Notes under the pieces: generated by a model | What the model was told of the DNA's origin: nothing | The model's database searches: none | Seen by the model: only the letters and a program-made list of their open reading frames with translations | Shown here: in pieces, positions 43,512 through 49,400 of the stretch | Numbering within the stretch: the stretch's first letter is position 1 | Layout of the letters: every line of letters begins with the position of its first letter | Made by a program: the position numbers and the translations under genes | Assembly (NCBI GenBank): GCA_964478375.1 | Contig: CAYZIQ010000001.1 | Span: forward strand, 8,019 to 57,418 | Direction: 5' to 3' | Origin: an uncultured Chloroflexus sp. | GTDB lineage: Bacteria; Chloroflexota; Anaerolineae; Anaerolineales; Villigracilaceae | DNA: 49,400 bases

Positions 43512-45959
43512 ATGATGCGATTCGACCGCTTTACTGAACGCGCTCAGGAGGCCGCCCAGCGCGCCGCCGAGATCATCCAGCGTTACGGTCATAACCAGAT
43601 TGATACCGAGCACATCCTGCTGGCTCTCATCGAGCAGCCCGGCGGGGTGATCCCCCAGATCCTGCAAAACCTGAATATCGATGCCAACCAACTCTCTGAG
43701 CGATTGGATCAAACCCTGCGTATGAGCCCGAAGGCCAACATCTTCGGCGGCGGGGCGGGCCAGATCTTCATCACCCCGCGCGTCAAGCGGATCATTGACC
43801 TGGCGAACGAAGAGGCCAACCGCTTGAAGGACGAGTATATATCGACCGAACACATCTTCCTGGCTATCTTGAGCGAGCGTAACACGCCTGCTGCCCGCAT
43901 CCTCGAAGGCGTCGGTCTGACCCGTGATCGGATCTACGAGGCAATCCAGCAATTGCGCGGCGGACAGCGCGTAACCGACCCCCATTCTGAGGCGCGTTAC
44001 CGCACTCTGGAGAAATACTCACGCGACCTGACTCAATTGGCGCGCGAAGGCAAACTCGACCCAGTCATCGGTCGCGATACCGAGATCCTGCGTCTCATCC
44101 AGATCCTCTCCCGGCGCACCAAGAACAACCCGGTGCTCATCGGCGAGGCGGGTGTCGGCAAGACAGCTATCGTGGAGGGGTTGGCACAGAAGATCGCTTC
44201 GAACGACGTGCCCGAGATCTTGACCGGAAAGCGCGTGGTCGCCCTCGACCTGGGCGCAATGATCGCGGGTTCGCGCTTCCGCGGCGAGTTCGAGGAGCGG
44301 CTGAAATCCGCCATCGAGGAAGTCCAACGCTCGTCAGGCGAGGTCATCCTGATGATTGACGAATTGCACACCGTGGTTGGCGCGGGCGCGGCGCAGGGCG
44401 CGATGGATGCTTCCAATATGCTCAAGCCGGCGCTCTCGCGCGGCGAGTTGCAGTGCATTGGCGCGACCACGCTGGACGAGTACCACAAATACATCGAGAA
44501 AGATGCAGCCCTCGAGCGCCGCTTCGCCCCCATCTACGTCGAAGAGCCGAGCGTGGACGATACGATCAAGATGCTTCAGGGGTTGCGCGACCGCTACGAG
44601 GCGCATCACAAGGTGCATTTCTCGGACGAGGCTCTGGTTGCTGCGGCCAGATTGGCGGACCGTTACGTCACCGACCGCCACCTGCCGGACAAGGCCATTG
44701 ACCTGATGGACGAGTCGGCTGCCAAATTGCGCGTGGCACTCTACTCCCTGCCCGATGACCTAAAGGAGATGAAGAGCGAGATTGACCGCCTGCAGGCTGA
44801 GGAAGACTCCGCTTCCAATGCCCGCGATTATCAACGCGCCGCTGAGATCAAAGTCAACCGCCTACGCCTTGAGAGTGATTTCAAAGAAAAACGGGATAAG
44901 TGGGAGGCTGAACACAAGCTGGATGAGGTGGTGGACGTAAATGACATCGCTGAGGTCGTTCACCAGTGGACCGGCATCCCGGTCAATCAGATGATGGAGA
45001 CCGAGTCGCAGAAACTGCTGCACATGGAGGAACGCCTGCACGAGCGCATCATCGGCCAGGATGAAGCCATCCATGCCATTTCCGATGCTATCCGCCGCGC
45101 CCGCTCCGGCTTGAAAGACCCCTCCCGCCCCATTGGTTCGTTTATCTTTATCGGCCCATCGGGTGTCGGCAAGACCGAGCTGGCCAAAGCGTTGGCCTGG
45201 TTCATGTTCGACGACGAGGATGCCCTGGTGCAGATTGACATGTCCGAGTACCGTGAGCAGCATACCGTCTCGCGCCTGTTCGGTGCGCCGCCCGGCTACA
45301 TCGGCTACGAGGAAGGCGGTCAACTGACCGAAGCCGTCCGCCGCAGACCATACCGCATCATCCTCTTCGATGAGATCGAAAAAGCCCATCCCGAGGTCTG
45401 GAACGCCTTGCTGCAAATTCTGGACGCGGGCCGCATGACGGACGGCCAGGGCAATGTAGTGGACTTCCGCAACACGGTGCTCATCATGACCTCCAATCTG
45501 GGAACCGAATACGTTCGCAAGGGCGGCGCATTGGGCTTTTTGCAGAAGACCGATAACGACGAGGAGCGCGAAGCGCACGATAAGATCGAGAAGGCGCTCA
45601 AGAGCAACTTCCGGCCAGAGTTCCTCAACCGTATTGACGAGATCATCATGTTCTCGCCGCTGAGCCTCGATCAGATGGAAAAGATTGTTGACCTGCAAAT
45701 GGGCGAGATCCAGGAGCGCCTGAACGAGTTCGGCGTCAAAGTCGAGCTGACCAACCCTGCCCGCAAATGGCTGGCCAAGATCGGCTACGACCCGGCCTTT
45801 GGCGCCCGTCCGCTGCGGCGCGCCCTGCAAAAATACATGGAAAGCCCGCTCTCGGTCAAGCTGCTCGGCGGGGAAATTCCCAGCGGCGCGACCGTGCTCG
45901 TCGAAGCCAAATCCAATGAAAGTGGCGTGGATTTCAAGACCAGGGCGGCAAAAAAATAG
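43512..45959 (+). CDS. clpC: ATP-dependent Clp protease ATP-binding subunit ClpC
   Basis: 815 aa. Clp_N repeats, two AAA+ modules ([15 protein letters not shown]; [15 protein letters not shown]), short M-domain with a UVR-like motif ([18 protein letters not shown]). Confidence 0.9.
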   Translation: MMRFDRFTERAQEAAQRAAEIIQRYGHNQIDTEHILLALIEQPGGVIPQILQNLNIDANQLSERLDQTLRMSPKANIFGGGAGQIFITPRVKRIIDLANEEANRLKDEYISTEHIFLAILSERNTPAARILEGVGLTRDRIYEAIQQLRGGQRVTDPHSEARYRTLEKYSRDLTQLAREGKLDPVIGRDTEILRLIQILSRRTKNNPVLIGEAGVGKTAIVEGLAQKIASNDVPEILTGKRVVALDLGAMIAGSRFRGEFEERLKSAIEEVQRSSGEVILMIDELHTVVGAGAAQGAMDASNMLKPALSRGELQCIGATTLDEYHKYIEKDAALERRFAPIYVEEPSVDDTIKMLQGLRDRYEAHHKVHFSDEALVAAARLADRYVTDRHLPDKAIDLMDESAAKLRVALYSLPDDLKEMKSEIDRLQAEEDSASNARDYQRAAEIKVNRLRLESDFKEKRDKWEAEHKLDEVVDVNDIAEVVHQWTGIPVNQMMETESQKLLHMEERLHERIIGQDEAIHAISDAIRRARSGLKDPSRPIGSFIFIGPSGVGKTELAKALAWFMFDDEDALVQIDMSEYREQHTVSRLFGAPPGYIGYEEGGQLTEAVRRRPYRIILFDEIEKAHPEVWNALLQILDAGRMTDGQGNVVDFRNTVLIMTSNLGTEYVRKGGALGFLQKTDNDEEREAHDKIEKALKSNFRPEFLNRIDEIIMFSPLSLDQMEKIVDLQMGEIQERLNEFGVKVELTNPARKWLAKIGYDPAFGARPLRRALQKYMESPLSVKLLGGEIPSGATVLVEAKSNESGVDFKTRAAKK

Positions 45960-46136
45960 GGCTTCTACCGTTATTATGTGATTTTAGGAGGGGACGACTC
46001 GCCCGGAGCATAAAAGTACGATAGAAATGTGCCACACATTCTCAAGGTGCGGGCGCGTCTGTTTTTCATCCTTGACTTCCGCCGATGGGGAGGATAAAAT
46101 AAAAATTGACTGACACATTCATGATTAATCGGTCAA

Positions 46137-46400
46137 ATGGAGAGAAGAATGTTACTCACGCGAATTGGCAGGCGCGGCCAGATTGTGCTCCCCCGCGAAG
46201 TCCGCCGCCGCATCAAGGTAAATGAAGGCGATCAGATTGCCTTCATCCTCGACCATGAACAGGTTATCATCAAACCCATCACCCAGACCCTGCTCGACCT
46301 GCGCGGCAGCGTTCCTGTTTCCGGCAAGCAAGATTTCGACGCTATCCGCAAGCAGGTGATTGCCGAACGCGCCAAACGAGGCGGCAAGAATGGAGACTGA
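46137..46400 (+). CDS. vapB: AbrB/SpoVT-family antitoxin (VapB-like)
   Basis: LTRIGRRGQIVLPREVRRRIKVNEGDQIAFIL. Overlaps the PIN gene by 11 nt. Confidence 0.8.
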   Translation: MERRMLLTRIGRRGQIVLPREVRRRIKVNEGDQIAFILDHEQVIIKPITQTLLDLRGSVPVSGKQDFDAIRKQVIAERAKRGGKNGD

Positions 46401-46806
46401 AATAGTTTTTGCAGATACCAATCTGTTCCTGCGCTACCTGACGGATGACGTGCCGGCTCAGGCGGACCTGGTAGAGTCGCTCTTGCACTGCGCCGCACAG
46501 GGACAAGTATCTCTTGGCACAACGGGGTTGGTTATCGCTGAAATCGTTTGGACGTTGGAAAGCTACTATCACATCGCGAAAAAGGATATTCAGGCGAAAG
46601 TGCTCGCCATTCTGAACACCGTCGGTCTGGACATAGCAGATTCAGATTTGATCTTGCAAGCCATTGGTTGGTATGTCGAGAAAAACGTGGACTTCATTGA
46701 CGCCTATAACGCCTCCTGGATGCTTAAAAACGGCGTTTGCACAGTTTACACGTTTGATCAGAAACACTTCAGCCGGTTTGAGGGGATTGTTGCGGAAGCA
46801 CCCTAA
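46390..46806 (+). CDS. vapC: PIN-domain toxin (VapC-like)
   Basis: METEIVFADTNLFLRYLTDD...IDAYNASW. Start chosen at the ATG overlapping the vapB stop. Confidence 0.82.
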   Translation: METEIVFADTNLFLRYLTDDVPAQADLVESLLHCAAQGQVSLGTTGLVIAEIVWTLESYYHIAKKDIQAKVLAILNTVGLDIADSDLILQAIGWYVEKNVDFIDAYNASWMLKNGVCTVYTFDQKHFSRFEGIVAEAP

Positions 46807-46846
46807 CAAAAAGAGTCCGCTTCCATTGCCTGGCGGACTCTTTTTC
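46807..46846. terminator. Bidirectional terminator between vapC and ccmD
   Basis: aaaaagagtccgc ... gcggactcttttt. Confidence 0.7.
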
Positions 46847-46860
46847 GCACATTAGAAAAA

Positions 46861-47019
46861 CTACTTCTTCTCTTGCATCTCTTCCAGCGCCTGCAAATCC
46901 CGCTTGAGATTGCGCCAGCGCAGGAACAGGCTAGTCAGGTAGATCGCCATCACGCTGAAGATAACGGTGTATCCAGCGATCATGTGCTCGATGGAAACCA
47001 CAGGATTCAGGCCACTCAT
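46861..47019 (-). CDS. ccmD: CcmD-like small heme-exporter membrane protein (52 aa; not in the ORF track)
   Basis: MSGLNPVVSIEHMIAGYTVIFSVMAIYLTSLFLRWRNLKRDLQALEEMQEKK: a single TM followed by a basic tail, directly downstream of ccmC. Confidence 0.55.
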   Translation of the reverse strand: MSGLNPVVSIEHMIAGYTVIFSVMAIYLTSLFLRWRNLKRDLQALEEMQEKK

Positions 47020-47031
47020 ATCGCACCTCGT

Positions 47032-47766
47032 TTATTGTAATACCTTGAGTTTGAGTTGTTCGATCTTCTGTGCCAGTTCTCCGAGGCGAATGCGATGCCA
47101 GAGCAGAGTGGCAAAGATGACCGAGAAAGCGAACAGGCAAAAGAACATGGTATGCAGCATCGGGGGCGTCATGTTGAAACTGCCTTTGGCCGCCCCGGAA
47201 GCTGCGCCAATGATCACCGGATGAATCGTCCGGCTGACGATGCGGATGGAGAGAAAAGTGATCGGGACGCTCAACGCGCCGACCAACGTATAGACTGCCC
47301 CGAAACGGGCGCGCCGGTCGGGGTCCTCGATTCCTTGACGCAGCAGGAGGTAAGCGATATAGATCATCTCCAGGATAGAGGCTGTGGTCAGACGTGGATC
47401 CCAGGTCCACCAGGTGTTCCAGACCGGATGTGCCCAGATGGAGCCGGTGACAATAGTGATGAGAAAGAACACCAGGCTGATCTCGACCGCGGCCAGCTCG
47501 ACGATGTCCCATTTCTGGTCGTGCGTGCGGAGGTAGCCGACCCCTGCCACGGCGGCGACCAGGAAGCCCAACATGCCGATCCAGGCATTGGCGATGTGAA
47601 AATAGAAAATCTTCTGCACGTAGTTCATGGTCTCTTCGAGCGGTGCGTAGAAGAAGACCATGGCAAGGGCGGCAATGAAAAGTGCGGCCGAAACGGCATT
47701 GAGGATTTTCAGAGCGAGAGGTTGAAGTTTCATAACACTCCTGTAAAACGATTTATTCTTCGACAA
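47032..47766 (-). CDS. ccmC: Heme exporter protein CcmC
   Basis: Trp-rich motif VWNTWWTWDPRLT, about 6 TM segments. Confidence 0.88.
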   Translation of the reverse strand: MSKNKSFYRSVMKLQPLALKILNAVSAALFIAALAMVFFYAPLEETMNYVQKIFYFHIANAWIGMLGFLVAAVAGVGYLRTHDQKWDIVELAAVEISLVFFLITIVTGSIWAHPVWNTWWTWDPRLTTASILEMIYIAYLLLRQGIEDPDRRARFGAVYTLVGALSVPITFLSIRIVSRTIHPVIIGAASGAAKGSFNMTPPMLHTMFFCLFAFSVIFATLLWHRIRLGELAQKIEQLKLKVLQ

Positions 47767-48466
47767 CGTATTCGAATACCATGAACGCCGCAGCGATGAA
47801 GACTACGTCGTAGACGATCAATTGATTGATCCAGGGCGCGATCTCGGCATACCCAATACCCTGCAAAAGGCCGCTGCTAGCCTTGACCGCTGCGATCATG
47901 ACCGGGACGACGACCGGGAAAAGCAGGATCGGCAGGAGCACGTCGCGCGTGCGAGTCTGCACCGCCATGCTGGCCAGTAGCGTCCCGACCGCCACATATC
48001 CGACCGAGCCAAGCAAGATGACGCCGATCAGGCCAGGGTTGAACAGGTTGGCGTTATACAGCACGCTGTAAACTGGCAAGACGATGGCTTCGACGATGAA
48101 CATGAAAGCTAGGTTGCTGATGGCTTTGCCAAAGTAGATTGCGCTGCGATCCACGGGCGCCAGCAGGAGGCCATCCAGGCAGCCGCGGTCCTTTTCGACC
48201 GCCATTGAGCGGTTAAGGCCAAGCGTACCGGCGAAGGCGAAAGTCACCCACAACACACCGGCCGTAACGGTCGAGCGCGTCTTGACGTCCAATTCGAGGG
48301 CAAAATTGAAGATCAGGATGACGAGCAGGGCGAAAACGAGCATGGAAGAGAGTAGCTCACGCGAGCGCAGTTCGGCGGCCAAGTCTTTCCAAGTGATGGC
48401 GGCGACGGCGCGCAGGAAAGAAACGAGTGACGAGTGACGAGTGACGTGTAACTTCTCACTTTTCAC
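47753..48466 (-). CDS. ccmB: Heme exporter protein CcmB
   Basis: 237 aa, 6 TM segments, operon position between ccmA and ccmC. The N-terminal ~13 codons are encoded by a heptamer tract, so the true start is uncertain. Confidence 0.8.
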   Translation of the reverse strand: MKSEKLHVTRHSSLVSFLRAVAAITWKDLAAELRSRELLSSMLVFALLVILIFNFALELDVKTRSTVTAGVLWVTFAFAGTLGLNRSMAVEKDRGCLDGLLLAPVDRSAIYFGKAISNLAFMFIVEAIVLPVYSVLYNANLFNPGLIGVILLGSVGYVAVGTLLASMAVQTRTRDVLLPILLFPVVVPVMIAAVKASSGLLQGIGYAEIAPWINQLIVYDVVFIAAAFMVFEYVVEE

Positions 48467-48479
48467 TTTTTACTTCTCC
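48424..48479. repeat. Heptamer array with inverted halves spanning the ccmA stop and ccmB start
   Basis: cgagtga cgagtga cgagtga cgtgtaa cttctca cttttca cttttta cttctcc. Confidence 0.75.
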
Positions 48480-49171
48480 TGCAATGCCTGACGGTAGAAA
48501 GCCAGGAGTCCATTTCTGCGAATATCTGACCGCCGCACGGAGGCCGCGACCACGCCGCGCGAGAGCACGTCGAAGCGGGAGGCCAGGTCTTCCACCCGCG
48601 CCAGGTCGTGAGAGGTCATAACGACGGTGCGGCCGCGCGCTGCCACGTCACGCAGGACCTTGTCGAGCATGTCGCAGGCGTCCTGGTCAAGACCGGTATG
48701 CGGCTCGTCAAAGAGAATCACCTCCGGGTCGTGAAGCACGGCGCGGCCGATGGCAAGGCGCTGCTGCATCCCACGCGAGAACGTCCGCACCAGGTCGCGG
48801 CGGCGGGCGGAAAGGCCGACCAGCTCCAGCACCTCGCCGATCCTTTGGTCGAGGTGCAGCACGTCGTACATCCGCCCGAAGAAGCGCAGGTTCTCCTCGG
48901 CAGTCAGGTCGCCGTAGAGCAGTGGCATGTGCGAAACCACGCCCAACCTCCGGCGGACAGCAGCCGCCTGAGCCGGCAGAGCATAGCCAGCGATACGAAT
49001 CTCGCCCAGCGAGGGACGAGAGAGCGAGGCCAGAATGCGCAGAAAAGTGGTTTTGCCCGCCCCGTTGGGGCCAAGCAGCGCGACGAACTCACCCTCCTGT
49101 ACCTGAAAATCCACGCCACGCAGGACGGCCTTCAAACCGAAACGTTTGACGAGTTTCTTGACGACAATCAT
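48470..49171 (-). CDS. ccmA: Heme ABC exporter ATP-binding protein CcmA
   Basis: Walker A GPNGAGKTT, signature FSRGMQQRLAIGRA, Walker B ILFDEP. Confidence 0.88.
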   Translation of the reverse strand: MIVVKKLVKRFGLKAVLRGVDFQVQEGEFVALLGPNGAGKTTFLRILASLSRPSLGEIRIAGYALPAQAAAVRRRLGVVSHMPLLYGDLTAEENLRFFGRMYDVLHLDQRIGEVLELVGLSARRRDLVRTFSRGMQQRLAIGRAVLHDPEVILFDEPHTGLDQDACDMLDKVLRDVAARGRTVVMTSHDLARVEDLASRFDVLSRGVVAASVRRSDIRRNGLLAFYRQALQEK

Positions 49172-49193
49172 GGGTCACACTGTCACGGTTTGC

Positions 49194-49235
49194 GCATTAC
49201 GAGACCATAAAACGTGATGCGTAAAACGCAAGGAT
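49194..49235. repeat. Heptamer tract in the ccmA leader
   Basis: gcattac gagacca taaaacg tgatgcg taaaacg caaggat. Confidence 0.6.
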
Positions 49236-49400
49236 CACAGCAATTCCTTGAGCCTCGCCTTCAACTCCGCACGCCGCCTCTCGTAGGCTTCCTTCGCAAT
49301 GCCGCCAGCCTTGAACTGGTCGTCCAATGCAATGATTGCGTCGGTCAGACTGTCAGGGTCGTCGCCGAGAGCGTCTTCCACCTTTTCCTCACCACCTTCG
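49235..49400 (-). CDS. 3' end of a CDS extending beyond the window; function unknown
   Basis: Minus-strand frame ...EGGEEKVEDALGDDPDSLTDAIIALDDQFKAGGIAKEAYERRRAELKARLKELL-TGA. Confidence 0.4.
   Translation of the reverse strand, partial: EGGEEKVEDALGDDPDSLTDAIIALDDQFKAGGIAKEAYERRRAELKARLKELL

Overview
GC-rich bacterial chromosomal window with dense coding on both strands. Gene content and Pro/Thr-rich linkers suggest Chloroflexota (Anaerolineae-like); that assignment is inference only. Most genes are housekeeping or accessory metabolism: LCP protein, tilS, methylmalonyl-CoA epimerase, lpdA, GH13 glycosidase, kbl, clpC, ccmABCD, DprE1/DprE2-like pair, MazEF and VapBC modules, several secreted metallopeptidases. 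No rRNA, tRNA or CRISPR array was seen.

Four things deserve a second look.

(1) A dispersed family of short tandem-repeat tracts, mostly period 7 nt, often arranged as inverted hairpin-forming arrays. They sit in 5' leaders directly upstream of start codons and also in frame inside ORFs (tilS, an Fe-S subunit, a 597-aa ORF, the ccmA/ccmB junction, a signal peptide).

(2) A five-gene minus-strand Flx/Hdr-like operon (19407-28381) with two HdrA paralogues. Each carries an in-frame TGA exactly where the family has a Cys/Sec, followed by a 46/47-nt identical block. One paralogue also has an inserted NfnB/GltD-like NAD(P)H module, and no HdrBC genes are present.

(3) The same operon carries three in-frame TAG codons at positions expected to be Trp, Trp and Gln. 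TAG still terminates at least six other ORFs here.

(4) An IS200-like/RAYT gene carries GGGGCGGGTCT palindromic doublets beside it and inside its own reading frame.

Also present: a tyrosine-recombinase homologue lacking the catalytic Tyr, and truncated mutS2 and GGDEF remnants. All family assignments are by eye from the translations; no searches were run.
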